23,544 bases of DNA from Fidelibacterota bacterium (GCA_046861645.1 JBHHUM010000033.1:1-23544), one strand, 5' to 3'; numbered from the stretch's first letter, positions 6,981 through 17,324 are shown. Program-made: numbers and translations. Notes: generated from the sequence alone by a model not told the origin.

Positions 6981-9533
6981 TTACTTCTTCGTCAGTGCCC
7001 AGCTACCATCCCAATCATCACCCGGGGGATTGGTTTTATAGTGTTCACAGCGAGGGATATATACCCGGCTGGGATTGGTCTTGCGCCCCGGGAACATATC
7101 TTCCAATTCAGCAGCAGTCTGAAAAGCTTCCAGGGCCTGATCCCACTTTTGATCCCTGTACAGTGAAACTGCTTCGTCAAAGGCTTTCAATAGCTCGGCA
7201 TAACCGTCCGGCATTTTCCCTTTTTCAGCTATCAGCTCGAATACCCTTGCTGGTTCTGTCTTCCCCATGACGATGACATAGTCGAGATCCCGCCAGATGA
7301 ATCTATCAGCGCATGCTCTCTGAGTCTCCTCCGCTACCTGCACGTAAATTCCATACTGTTTAGCCGAAGCTTCAAGGCGGGCGGCCAGATTTACCGTATC
7401 ACCCATCATGGTGTAATTCATGCGCATGGATGACCCCATATTCCCGGTAACCATGTGACCGGAGTTGATACCTATACGGTTCTGCATGTGGTGCACAATC
7501 TCTGGCCAGCGCTCTCCCTGAGATGCCCACTCTTTCCGGAGTTCGGCCAGCCGTTCCTGCATCTTTACGGCCGTGAGACAGGCATAATATTCGTGATTCT
7601 CTACCGGAGCGGGAGCGCCATAAAAAGCGACAATGGCATCACCTATGTACTTATCCAGGGTTCCCTTGTTCGCCAGTAGAATATCAGTCATTTCCGTCAG
7701 ATACTCATTCAAAAGTTCGACCAGGTCCGTGGCTGATAACTTTTCTGAAAAGGTCGAGAAACTCTGAATATCGGTGAAAAAGGCAGTATGGTACCCTTCC
7801 TCACCTCCTAATTGTGGCTCCTGTTTCTCCTTATACATCTGCTCGATGAGTTCTGGTGAAATATAGGTGCCGAAGGTATTCTTCAAAAAGCGCTTGTCTT
7901 TCTCCGCCACTAAGAAATTATAGAGGAAAAAACCCAAGTACGTCACTCCCAAACTGATAGACGGTCGGACAATCTCCCACATGAGCAGATGGTTCATAAA
8001 CTGACTGTAAGTGAATAGAATCCACCCCCCTATAACGACGATGGGCATGGGCAGCGACCATAGTGGTTTAGGAGGAAGTCCCACCAGTCCTCCTAATAGA
8101 ACAGACATGATTACCACTATCCAGAGATTGGTAGAACTGTCCGTACGACTGACAAACTCCCCCTGCAGAATGCTCTGGAGTACATTGGCGTGTATTTCCA
8201 CTCCCGGGAAGGTCTCCTGCACCGGGGTATTCCTGAGGTCCATAAGCCCCGGGAGGGACGAGCCCACAATAGCTGACTTACCATCCCAATATTCAGGCGA
8301 TAACCACTGGGGGTTCATACAATAAACATATTCAATATATTTAAACGTCTTAAAGGTCCCATAATAATTGACGTACATCCGACCTTGCTCATCAATGGGA
8401 ATCTCTCGAACAACTTCTCCTTTCCGGTTGGTCAGACGCAAGAGGCCCTCTTCAAAATCGTAGTCCACACCGTCCCGGGGGATGTCTAGAATATCCATAG
8501 CGGCTGATAGTGTAATAGAGGGATAGACATGTCCAGGTCCTTCAAAATATATGGCCGTAGGGGCCCGGCGGATAACACCGTCAGGATCCTGGGGGAAGTT
8601 GATACTCCCCACCCCATAGGAGGAGGATAACAACTGGAAATGGGTATTACCTATCCGGGCAGCCGGTGGTAACTGTCTCGCTTGCTCTTCAGGCAGAAAA
8701 ATAATATGTCGCATCCAGGCTGAGGAGTCATACCCCGCTGGTTCCGTCTCCATGCGGTAAAGAAAACTGGCCGAATCTTCTGTCTCGAAAACCAGGGCAT
8801 GATGAGTTTTTTTGCTCTCCCTGGTGGCTTTAATAAATTTAGCGGGATCGGATTCCAAAAGGTATTCTTGCGTCCGTGACGAGAGCCATTCATCAGCTGG
8901 CCAATGGGTAACGGCCAGATCATAAACCAATCGCCATTGAGTTGTATCCTGAGGATCAAAGATAATGTCAAAGAGCAGGCTTTGCGGTTCGATAGGCATC
9001 AATGTATCGATAGGAAAAACGGGACCTGTCAAGCCGTTGACATCGACGTGCTGTATAAAGAATTCATCGCCAGCCCAGTTGCTTCTCCCAGAGATCGTAA
9101 ATGTGCTGTCATAAGCAACATCGTCCAGTAATTCCAGCTCTGCTGTGGTATCATCTGACTTACGACGGAACACCTGATAATAATCAATGGCAGAGGAGAT
9201 GGTATCCGGAGACCATACCAACTTTACCGAATTGGTAACCACATCAATAAGCTGGCCGTGGTAAGCATGCGGCCAATCCTGATAACGTCCGAGACCTCCA
9301 CCGTCAGGAGAAGCTATGGAGTTATTCTCAATATCAATAATCACCACGTGATCGATAGACTCCGGTTCCACCCCTACCACCTTGCTTTTCATGCGGGCAT
9401 CGTAAGAGAGATATTCATAGCCATCAAATAAGGCCTTCAGTCCCGGAATATTGGCGGAACCCCAACCGCATAGCAGACCTATTCCCCATCCGATACCAGC
9501 ACCTATGAGGATACGTTTAAAAATGTCAGGCAC
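6981..9533 (-). CDS. CHASE2-domain membrane-bound class III adenylate cyclase
   Basis: N-terminal TM; CHASE2 motifs VVIIDIE, WPH, FDIIF, DPDGVIRR, PGVEIHANVL; three TM helices; cyclase motifs FFTDIQSFS, LDKYIGDAI, YTMMGDTVNLAARLE (K/T pair indicates ATP specificity); short TPR-like tail. GTG 9533 preferred as start (ORF open to 9563). Confidence 0.92.
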   Translation of the reverse strand: MPDIFKRILIGAGIGWGIGLLCGWGSANIPGLKALFDGYEYLSYDARMKSKVVGVEPESIDHVVIIDIENNSIASPDGGGLGRYQDWPHAYHGQLIDVVTNSVKLVWSPDTISSAIDYYQVFRRKSDDTTAELELLDDVAYDSTFTISGRSNWAGDEFFIQHVDVNGLTGPVFPIDTLMPIEPQSLLFDIIFDPQDTTQWRLVYDLAVTHWPADEWLSSRTQEYLLESDPAKFIKATRESKKTHHALVFETEDSASFLYRMETEPAGYDSSAWMRHIIFLPEEQARQLPPAARIGNTHFQLLSSSYGVGSINFPQDPDGVIRRAPTAIYFEGPGHVYPSITLSAAMDILDIPRDGVDYDFEEGLLRLTNRKGEVVREIPIDEQGRMYVNYYGTFKTFKYIEYVYCMNPQWLSPEYWDGKSAIVGSSLPGLMDLRNTPVQETFPGVEIHANVLQSILQGEFVSRTDSSTNLWIVVIMSVLLGGLVGLPPKPLWSLPMPIVVIGGWILFTYSQFMNHLLMWEIVRPSISLGVTYLGFFLYNFLVAEKDKRFLKNTFGTYISPELIEQMYKEKQEPQLGGEEGYHTAFFTDIQSFSTFSEKLSATDLVELLNEYLTEMTDILLANKGTLDKYIGDAIVAFYGAPAPVENHEYYACLTAVKMQERLAELRKEWASQGERWPEIVHHMQNRIGINSGHMVTGNMGSSMRMNYTMMGDTVNLAARLEASAKQYGIYVQVAEETQRACADRFIWRDLDYVIVMGKTEPARVFELIAEKGKMPDGYAELLKAFDEAVSLYRDQKWDQALEAFQTAAELEDMFPGRKTNPSRVYIPRCEHYKTNPPGDDWDGSWALTKK

Positions 9534-9669
9534 TCTGTTCTCTCGGCAATAAGCAGAGTACAAAAATGTCAGAACACGACTGCAGCAATTGGACTCTTTT
9601 CTGGTCGAACAGCTTCCTCACACCTTCCTCCCATTCTTTCTGCTATTGAAAGCCTTGCCAGCAGCGGAA

Positions 9670-10434
9670 TTAATCACCATCCAAGTTCTGGTTCCACTGC
9701 ACCCATTCGGACTGGGCATCCGCTTCCTTATCAAACTCAAACAGGTGATACTTGCCATCAGCCCGGACATTAATCTGCATGCCCTCCACCAGTTTTATCC
9801 AATCTTCCAGAGAGACTTCGTAGGGACCAGCGATTTGCGTAGGAGCTTCCACCTCCTGTACGGGCCCCAGACGGAACTTGGGAGGACCTCCCTGTTTCTG
9901 CTGCTCGTCCTGGGCATCACGCCGCATCTTCTGCAGATTCTCGGGTCGATTGACTTCCACTTCACCCTGATACACCAGAACGGAGCTCTCTTCTTTATCA
10001 GCCACCGCCCGGTACTTGGTGCCACGGATGGCTGCTACCGCAGTGGGAGTCCGTACTGCTACGTTTTTCCTCTCTCCAAAGCCTGCTTTGGCTGACACCC
10101 ACACATTTCCGCTCTTCAACTGGGCATTAAAATCTTTCTGCATCCCCATGATATCTGCCTGTAGAAGCTCCAGCTCCGAGTTTTCTCCGATACGTAACTT
10201 TCCTCCCCCCGTGAGTGTGATCTCCGCCCGCGACTTAGCCCGGGTACGAAGCGCATCATTAACAAAAACAGTTTGATTGACTCCTGCTTTTTTCCATTGC
10301 TCACTTCCAGCAGCTCGTACTTCAACCCGGCCTAAAGGAAGGGTGATCTTACCAAACCGTTTTCCTTTTTGAGCGCTACCTATAGAAATAAGACTAATAA
10401 TAATTAATGAAACCGCTGTCCACTGTCTGATCAT
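9670..10434 (-). CDS. Secreted/periplasmic FecR-domain protein
   Basis: GGAGG RBS; signal peptide; FecR motifs DALRT..KSRAEI, LRIGENSEL, VRTPTAVAAIRGTKY, VLVYQGEVEV. Confidence 0.88.
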   Translation of the reverse strand: MIRQWTAVSLIIISLISIGSAQKGKRFGKITLPLGRVEVRAAGSEQWKKAGVNQTVFVNDALRTRAKSRAEITLTGGGKLRIGENSELELLQADIMGMQKDFNAQLKSGNVWVSAKAGFGERKNVAVRTPTAVAAIRGTKYRAVADKEESSVLVYQGEVEVNRPENLQKMRRDAQDEQQKQGGPPKFRLGPVQEVEAPTQIAGPYEVSLEDWIKLVEGMQINVRADGKYHLFEFDKEADAQSEWVQWNQNLDGD

Positions 10435-10576
10435 TTGCTTAACCTCCCTGAAGAGGCAAGTTATGAAAAGTCAAACCTATTTTCACCAAATATTAAGCCT
10501 CCTTAAAGACCTGCTGTCTGAATTTTAGATGACTTCCTTTGATTGGATTCATTCATTAATTTAACTATTATCGGAT

Positions 10577-11791
10577 ATGTACTGGTATCTACTGCAAACG
10601 ATTTTTCTCTTCACTGTGGGCAACAATCTACTTCAAGCTCGCACTGAACCTGATGAGCTTCTTTCTCCCCAATCGATCTCGTACGAGGGGGTAACAGGAT
10701 ATACAGATCAGGATACTGATCCCTGTTTAGAGTGGGGTCATACTACCGAGGGAACAAAAATTCCAGTCAGCCTGAATCCTCCCTCTGGTCTTCGTATCCG
10801 CTGGCTGGGTACCGCCGGTTACGAAATCAGTGATGATAGTGTTACTATCCTGATTGATCCCTTTGTCTCCCGACCTAAACCCTACGAACTTTTTCGGGAA
10901 TTGGACATCGATACGGAAGCTGTGGACTACTATATCCTTGAACCCCTGCAAGTCAACCAACTGCAACTGATTCTAATCTCCCACAATCACTACGACCACG
11001 TTCTGGACCTACCGTACATTCTCTCACGATTCCCCGACCCAGAGACTAGACCACTGGTCGTGGGTGATCCCAATGTGGCCGAACTGCTGCACAGCTTTAC
11101 CGATACCGTTTCTATTTCGTGGTTAAGGGTGAGTGGGGGGCTGGAAAACACCAGAATAGTGGTTGCTGACTTTTACACCAAAGAACCTACCGGAGTTACG
11201 AATCATTCTAAATATGTAGGCCATTTTGGAGACTTTGAAATCTGGGCCTATTCATCCCTACATCCTGCTTACCACCCCCTCCCCTGGCGGGGGCCAGAAG
11301 GTCAAACAGAAACATCACCACCTTTTACTGCCTTGGGTTACAAAACTTACCATAATATCTCCATAGAGTACCTCATCAGCTACAAAGGGTTACGCATCTA
11401 TTTTTCCGAAACACCCATTACACTTTATCCGAAAGCGGTGGAACATGCCCATATTGTGCTTCAGGGAATTGCTGCCAGAAAAAATGAACATACCATCCCC
11501 CAGACTCTGGCTTACTTAAAACCCCAGTACCTGATACCTGCACATTATGACAACTTCTTCAAACCACTCCAAGAGTTCCAGCAATTCGATTATCACATCG
11601 GATTACCCTATGCTGAAGAGGTCATAGATTTCAGTCGCTGGGAAGAATTCCTGGTTGAATTTCCCACTTTTCTGAAAGAGGCTCAGGGACTCAATCCACA
11701 GGCAACCTCAGATAATCCAACCCAGATACGAGTTTTGAAATTATTTTACTATTACTCTTTAGAATCGTTAATTCCTCAGAAGAAGGAATAA
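10577..11791 (+). CDS. Secreted MBL-fold metallo-hydrolase
   Basis: IRWLGTAGYEI, ILIDPFVSR, SHNHYDH (HxHxDH), LIPAHYDNFF; N-terminal signal peptide. Substrate unknown. Confidence 0.85.
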   Translation: MYWYLLQTIFLFTVGNNLLQARTEPDELLSPQSISYEGVTGYTDQDTDPCLEWGHTTEGTKIPVSLNPPSGLRIRWLGTAGYEISDDSVTILIDPFVSRPKPYELFRELDIDTEAVDYYILEPLQVNQLQLILISHNHYDHVLDLPYILSRFPDPETRPLVVGDPNVAELLHSFTDTVSISWLRVSGGLENTRIVVADFYTKEPTGVTNHSKYVGHFGDFEIWAYSSLHPAYHPLPWRGPEGQTETSPPFTALGYKTYHNISIEYLISYKGLRIYFSETPITLYPKAVEHAHIVLQGIAARKNEHTIPQTLAYLKPQYLIPAHYDNFFKPLQEFQQFDYHIGLPYAEEVIDFSRWEEFLVEFPTFLKEAQGLNPQATSDNPTQIRVLKLFYYYSLESLIPQKKE

Positions 11792-11846
11792 TAAGGTACT
11801 AAAGAAGACTACCCTCAGAAGATCTTGAGCTGAGAAAGCACTCAGG

Positions 11847-14800
11847 TTATTTCAAAAGGATAAGTTTCCTTGTCCTGACATACTCGATTTTACCGTTCTG
11901 CCTGGCTTCCAACCTGTATAGATAGACACCACTGGACACAGAGCGACCCTGATTATCCTTACCATCCCAGATCACAAAGTGCCCACCGCTGGTATAAGGT
12001 GCGCTTGGTAACACTGTGGCCACCTTGCGCCCCACTAAATCATAAATAAATATACTCACTTCACTTTCCTCGGGAAGATTGAATTGGATGGTGGTCGTAG
12101 CGTTAAACGGATTAGGGATATTCTGAGTCAAGCGATATTCGGCAGGTGTAAGCTGGAGCTTGCCTATAGCTTCTCTTGTAAACTCTGGGGGCCCGGCAAT
12201 GAGTTCGAACCGGCGCGGCACCTCAGAATTAGTGGTAGTAAACTCATATGTACTACGAGCGGACAGGTTTTGCACTGCCTCAAAATCCGTATCCACCAGG
12301 TAAAGCTCCCAGCCAACGGGCAGTTCTTCGGGAATATCCACAGATAAGGTTACATACCCAGAACGGTTTGTTATTAACGTTAAAGGCCAGACGTGACCTG
12401 CTTCAAATGCATGATGAATATCACGACTGTAGCGGCCCGGCTGGTTGGTCCACTGGTCGTTGTCAAACGCCAAGGAGATATATTCACCAATTACCGGAGG
12501 TTCATGACGATCCAGCACATCCCAGTCTGTACTGGCCTCTGGAGCGGTACCAAAAAAGTTCTCTTCATCTATCAACTCCCCCGAGGTAGCCTTGATCCTG
12601 CCCTGCCAGGTTAATTCAGGTGCCGTCGTGCGGGAGAGACTCCCCGCTCCCAGGGGTTTCACCGACACAGTTGTGTTATAATAAGCATAGAGCCAGTAGC
12701 CCCGACCCGGTTGCAGAGTAGTCAGAGTATTGTAGCCACCACCATTGTACTCATACAAAGTAGGCTCGATAGCCCCCCCATCTGCTTCCACATCACTCAT
12801 ATTAACATCAAAGGCATAGGGATTCCCCACCATGTTCCAACCACTTTCCAGATTTATTGAAATCCCTCCAAAAAGGTGGGTTGACAGACCGTTCTCCGCT
12901 TGTAATGATACCGCGTTCCGGGAGATAATCCAAAACCCATTCCCCAATTGCAGCTCGCCTGAATTCTCCACATACGATTGATTCTTCCACCTAAACACCC
13001 GCCACTGCTCCGGATCATACGTGCCTAACTCATCTCCGAACTGCTGCTCAATATTCTGGTCACTCAGATCACCGGGAATGGAGATCATGGTGTACGTCTC
13101 TGGTGCTATCTGGCGAACATCAATAGAGGAAAAGTTGACTCTGACTTCTACAGGGTTACTGGTTGTCACCTTACCATTTTCATCTTCAGCCTCCACAACA
13201 AAGAAAAAGCCCTTGTAGGTAACATGACCCTCCGGGACCTGAACTGTCCAGGTTAAACCGGTAAGGGGGGGTAATAGATTGAGCGTCCTATTGACTGTCT
13301 CACCACCCAAGACATAGCGCAATTCAACCCTCTCCAGGGCTGCTTCAGCAATAATATCAACATTAATTGTGTAGGCCTGACCCGCATAGGCATCTCCGTC
13401 GCCGGTTATAGAGAGAATCTCTGGCGCTGCTGGTGTGAAGTTCCCTCCAGAGGAGTCACTACCTACAGTCCACTGACTGAAAGAACTCTGGTTATAAGCG
13501 CAAATCACATTGTTAATTTCATCATATACCAGATCACCGTCTGAAATCAGCTCCCAAATATCGTCCGAATAGGCCGGACGCTTTAGAATTTTCAGATTCA
13601 TAAAATCATCGATACCTTCCACACCGCTCAGATCGAAACAGAGATCAGCGGTAATATCCCCCTCATCCAGGTTCGTCACCAATTCCCAGTAGCGATCGGC
13701 CACAGCCATATTCATGCCCCCTGCTCCGTTCCTGGGGGTACTCCCGTCCACGTAGGTAACACTCAGGACACCATCCGACACACTCAACTCAGTAACATTA
13801 AGCGTCATTTGAGGCAGGTCAGTGGTGGGTCCCTGTACAATGGGAACCGTGGCTGAATTTATGGTTACAGAATCGAAGGGAAGCACTTCGAGAGTAAACT
13901 CAATATCAGTCTCCGCAACGGTAGCATTCTCTAAAAAAAACGTCAGGGTGACGGTATAAGTACCCAGTGAGTCTGGAGAACCAGAAACCAGTTGTACTAT
14001 TTCTTCTTCACCAGATACAACGTTTATTGGCAACTCTTGTGAGGATACATAGAGTAAATCCGAATTAGTACTGGTAACATTGGAGATTTTAAATTCCCCT
14101 GCACCACTATTCTCAACCGTAAGACCAAAGGTGTCACTTTCGCTAGCTTCAACAGTCAAGTATATGTCCTGATAATCCGTGGCAAACTCGCCCAGAGCTG
14201 CACTGAGGATAGAAAAATCGTTGTCGCTCCCATCAAAAGTGGCAGCATTGCCAGGGTCTATAATACCAATCCGGCAGTTGGCTGACTCCAAACTTTCAGG
14301 AATTATCCAACTGTAAGCTTCATTAGCAGAAGAGGCTGTGGTAATGAAATAGTCATAGTTTCCGCCACTATCCCGGGAAAGATATATATCGAGCCCAATA
14401 TTACTGCCTGTCCAGTCCCAGGTAATGGCCATCTGTTCACCTGTTGTAAAGGTCTCCCCTCCGTTGGGAAAAGTTACCGTCACTTGTTCACTACCACTAC
14501 CACAGTCAGCTAACATCACTGTACCGATATTGATTGTTCCCCATACGTCCACGTCATAATAAACTGCCACCATGTCCTGGCCAGCATCACAGATATCAGG
14601 ACTGGCGTTAGGTGAGCCATCCCTGTCGAAGAAAGCGGCTACGGCATAGTCGTCTCCTTCCACAATACCATCAATAAAGTCGGAGTAATTGCCGCTGTTG
14701 AAGTCGTGCCAAACAGGACCGAAGTCTACATCAGGCTGGCCGGATGTGGGGTCTCCATTATAAAAAATTCCAATGTAGATGTTTCCGGAAACGATTTGGG

Positions 14801-16514
14801 GAGAGTTAATGGTAAAATCAATCCGACCGTTGCCGCCGCTACCAAAATAGAGATCAAAGTTAATATTAGCAGCGGAACCCCCTGTGACTTCAAACTCACC
14901 ACTCACACCTTGAAGCTCCTCAGGATTAGGATTCCAGTCACTGTTTTCATCCACAAAGGCTCTTACCTCCCAGCCAAAACCGTCCCAGATGCCGGGATCA
15001 TCAAACTGATAGCCCTGATCTGACGGGAAGGTAGCGCTCCAGTTTTGCTGAAAATCGGGGTCCCAGGGATTCCAATCATCACCTCCATTGTCGGGACTGA
15101 ACAGACCTATGATAAGTTCCCCAGAGGCTGATTCATCAGAATGAATGTTCCCATCTACGTGACCGCCTGCTGCTCCGGGAGTTGCAGAAACTTCGTTGGT
15201 TTCATACCTAATGCCTCCCTGGTCATACATCCACAGCTTGTAGTAGTAATTGTTGCCTTCAGAAACATTGTTGTCTCTCCAGTTTAATACATTGACATCT
15301 GTTTCATCCAGAATAACAGGATCGCCTAAAGTAACACCACCCACAGTATTACGATGAAGCTCATACCTAACAAAATCGCCATCCGCATCCGGCCAGCGAT
15401 CCCAACTCAGATCAATGTAATTTATATCAGAACCCGAAATCCATAAAGATGATCCAACAGGACTCAGCGGTTCACTCGGATCCCAAGTGGGATTCCCGGT
15501 GATTGTGGCATTATGCCCTTCACCGCTCTCATCGATTAACTGATTGCCGCTTCCTTCATTACAATTATACAGAAGAAAGGTGTTGGAAGTGGGGTTATAA
15601 TCCTGTGTCCATGGATCAAAATTGTTTCCCTGATACAGAGCAATATCACTGATACGAATGATATCAGCTAAGCCATCAAAGCCTTCCCCAAAGCGCATGG
15701 GATTGGTGTTGCCGGGTAAATTCCCACTAATTGGAAGAGTAGCCTTCAGCTCACCGTCCCAGTATAATGCCATATTTACCCCATCATAGTCTGCCGCAAT
15801 ATGGTGCCACTCACCGGGATTCGGTGAATATTGCCAGTTGATTTCTCCTATACCACCTAATGAAAATCTAAACTCTCCAGTATTACCTACATAATCTAAG
15901 AAACCCCAGTTTTCCCTGTGAATGAACTCATACAGTTCGCCAGGACCAGCCGGACTATGCAGCCTGATAAACATTTCCATGGTGATTTCCGGACCGCCGT
16001 CTAGGGTTGTGAAGTTTGTCTCGGCATATCCACCTGTGGCGCCGAAGTCGAAAGAGAACCCAACGCCGCCTATGGGACCCAGCTCCATATTGACATTTTC
16101 TGCCGAAGCGACATCAAGTTCAAAGCCGTCGGGATACCATGCCTCTGCCTCAGGCTCCTGAGGCTGCATGGTAGTGTCTTCATCAAGAAATGCGGCTACG
16201 TAGTAGAAGTCACCGGGTGCGACGCCTGTAACTTCAACGGTGTAGTTCACCGGATAGTTTAAATCGGGTGCGAAAATGATTTCTTCTGTTATGGGATATT
16301 CGTTCTCCGGTGGAAATGGCCAGGTGGATGGATTTTTCCAAACAGGGATAAAGAGTTTACCGCTGGGATAGTCAAACTGATTACTGGGATATGTAATTTC
16401 GCCGGAGATAGTGGGATCTTGACTATATGCGAACTGGCCTACGGCTGTAACGAAAAAGATGAACAGGCTAATGCGCCGTGTACTTTTTCTAACGAATGTC
16501 TGTTTGCTTTTCAT
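11847..16514 (-). CDS. Large secreted protein: three Ig-like DUF2141-like repeats, LamG-like domain, FN3, FPNGGE Ig domain, shared C-terminal module and T9SS-type A/FlgD-Ig CTD
   Basis: Signal peptide AYS|QD; LamG-type WHHIAADYDG..MALYWDG; FN3-type IDLSWD...YYYKLW; CTD YRLTQNIPNPFN...WDGKDNQGRSVSSGVYLYRL...RKLILLK. ATG 16514 preferred (ORF open to 16538). Confidence 0.85.
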   Translation of the reverse strand: MKSKQTFVRKSTRRISLFIFFVTAVGQFAYSQDPTISGEITYPSNQFDYPSGKLFIPVWKNPSTWPFPPENEYPITEEIIFAPDLNYPVNYTVEVTGVAPGDFYYVAAFLDEDTTMQPQEPEAEAWYPDGFELDVASAENVNMELGPIGGVGFSFDFGATGGYAETNFTTLDGGPEITMEMFIRLHSPAGPGELYEFIHRENWGFLDYVGNTGEFRFSLGGIGEINWQYSPNPGEWHHIAADYDGVNMALYWDGELKATLPISGNLPGNTNPMRFGEGFDGLADIIRISDIALYQGNNFDPWTQDYNPTSNTFLLYNCNEGSGNQLIDESGEGHNATITGNPTWDPSEPLSPVGSSLWISGSDINYIDLSWDRWPDADGDFVRYELHRNTVGGVTLGDPVILDETDVNVLNWRDNNVSEGNNYYYKLWMYDQGGIRYETNEVSATPGAAGGHVDGNIHSDESASGELIIGLFSPDNGGDDWNPWDPDFQQNWSATFPSDQGYQFDDPGIWDGFGWEVRAFVDENSDWNPNPEELQGVSGEFEVTGGSAANINFDLYFGSGGNGRIDFTINSPQIVSGNIYIGIFYNGDPTSGQPDVDFGPVWHDFNSGNYSDFIDGIVEGDDYAVAAFFDRDGSPNASPDICDAGQDMVAVYYDVDVWGTINIGTVMLADCGSGSEQVTVTFPNGGETFTTGEQMAITWDWTGSNIGLDIYLSRDSGGNYDYFITTASSANEAYSWIIPESLESANCRIGIIDPGNAATFDGSDNDFSILSAALGEFATDYQDIYLTVEASESDTFGLTVENSGAGEFKISNVTSTNSDLLYVSSQELPINVVSGEEEIVQLVSGSPDSLGTYTVTLTFFLENATVAETDIEFTLEVLPFDSVTINSATVPIVQGPTTDLPQMTLNVTELSVSDGVLSVTYVDGSTPRNGAGGMNMAVADRYWELVTNLDEGDITADLCFDLSGVEGIDDFMNLKILKRPAYSDDIWELISDGDLVYDEINNVICAYNQSSFSQWTVGSDSSGGNFTPAAPEILSITGDGDAYAGQAYTINVDIIAEAALERVELRYVLGGETVNRTLNLLPPLTGLTWTVQVPEGHVTYKGFFFVVEAEDENGKVTTSNPVEVRVNFSSIDVRQIAPETYTMISIPGDLSDQNIEQQFGDELGTYDPEQWRVFRWKNQSYVENSGELQLGNGFWIISRNAVSLQAENGLSTHLFGGISINLESGWNMVGNPYAFDVNMSDVEADGGAIEPTLYEYNGGGYNTLTTLQPGRGYWLYAYYNTTVSVKPLGAGSLSRTTAPELTWQGRIKATSGELIDEENFFGTAPEASTDWDVLDRHEPPVIGEYISLAFDNDQWTNQPGRYSRDIHHAFEAGHVWPLTLITNRSGYVTLSVDIPEELPVGWELYLVDTDFEAVQNLSARSTYEFTTTNSEVPRRFELIAGPPEFTREAIGKLQLTPAEYRLTQNIPNPFNATTTIQFNLPEESEVSIFIYDLVGRKVATVLPSAPYTSGGHFVIWDGKDNQGRSVSSGVYLYRLEARQNGKIEYVRTRKLILLK

Positions 16515-16541
16515 GTTTTTTCCCAGTAATTCTTTCACTTA

Positions 16542-16571
16542 CCCCCGCCTTCGGCGTGGGGCAGGCGGGGG
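16542..16571. other. GC-rich intergenic hairpin (REP-like or mRNA stability element)
   Basis: CCCCCGCCT/AGGCGGGGG 9-bp stem with no U-tract on either side. Confidence 0.45.
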
Positions 16572-16637
16572 GTGAGTTCAATACCCACCATCACTTCAGA
16601 TTGCTTAGTCACTAGTACCTTGTTCCTCAATTCGATC

Positions 16638-17324
16638 TCACGGATTCTGCGGCGGGTCCGGAGGCAGGGGAAGGTCAGCCGCTTCCTCTCCCTGGGTGGA
16701 TAGATAATAGGCTGCTCCGCCGCCAGCGACAGCGAGAACTCCTACCCATAGGATCCATTTCTTACCCCCCTTTTTCTTGGGAGCTTCCTCCGGAACAGGT
16801 TGCTCAACAACCACCTCTTCCTTTTCTTCTACTACTTGAATACCCGCCAGATCCTTGGTTACCACTTCGAGGAGGTCAATAAGTCCTTCAATCCCACCGC
16901 GGTATTCCCGCTTGGAGACCCGCTCGATCTCTCCTGTCTGCACATCGAACATCCGGGCATCTACCGTGTACAGTTCACCTAATTTACCAATACTCCCGGT
17001 GACCATCTTCTGCACACCTAACAGTTTGCCAACCTCCACAGCACACTCGGCGGAAGTACAGCCTGTCTGCTGAAAACCCTGTTCTTCAAGGATCATCTCC
17101 ATCTGACCACGCTCAACTACTACAAAGGCACCTACTTCCACCATCTCCGAGCGGAGACGATCAGTAAGGGTGGCTGCTTCCAGAGCAGAGATACCCCGAC
17201 CTTCAAGGTCGAGGACAGCGACGGGAATCTTATCACCATTCTGAGCCTCGATGTTTATGGGGATATACAAAAACACCAGAGCCCAGGTAAGATAATAGCA
17301 CAGCGCTTTCCTAAAGAGATGCAT
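16638..17324 (-). CDS. CsgG/HfaB/FlgO-like periplasmic domain protein with C-terminal hydrophobic helix
   Basis: Signal peptide IEA|QN; VAVLDL...LTDRLRSEM...FVVVERGQM..ILEEQ..QQTGC...CAVEVGKLLGV..MVTGSI...DVQTGEI; tail KKKGGKKWILWVGVLAVAGGGAAYYL...LPLPPDPP. Confidence 0.8.
   Translation of the reverse strand: MHLFRKALCYYLTWALVFLYIPINIEAQNGDKIPVAVLDLEGRGISALEAATLTDRLRSEMVEVGAFVVVERGQMEMILEEQGFQQTGCTSAECAVEVGKLLGVQKMVTGSIGKLGELYTVDARMFDVQTGEIERVSKREYRGGIEGLIDLLEVVTKDLAGIQVVEEKEEVVVEQPVPEEAPKKKGGKKWILWVGVLAVAGGGAAYYLSTQGEEAADLPLPPDPPQNP

Noticed and set aside
10577..11791. Beta-lactam resistance gene
   Set aside because: HxHxDH is generic to the MBL fold; the surrounding motifs and length fit non-lactamase hydrolases.
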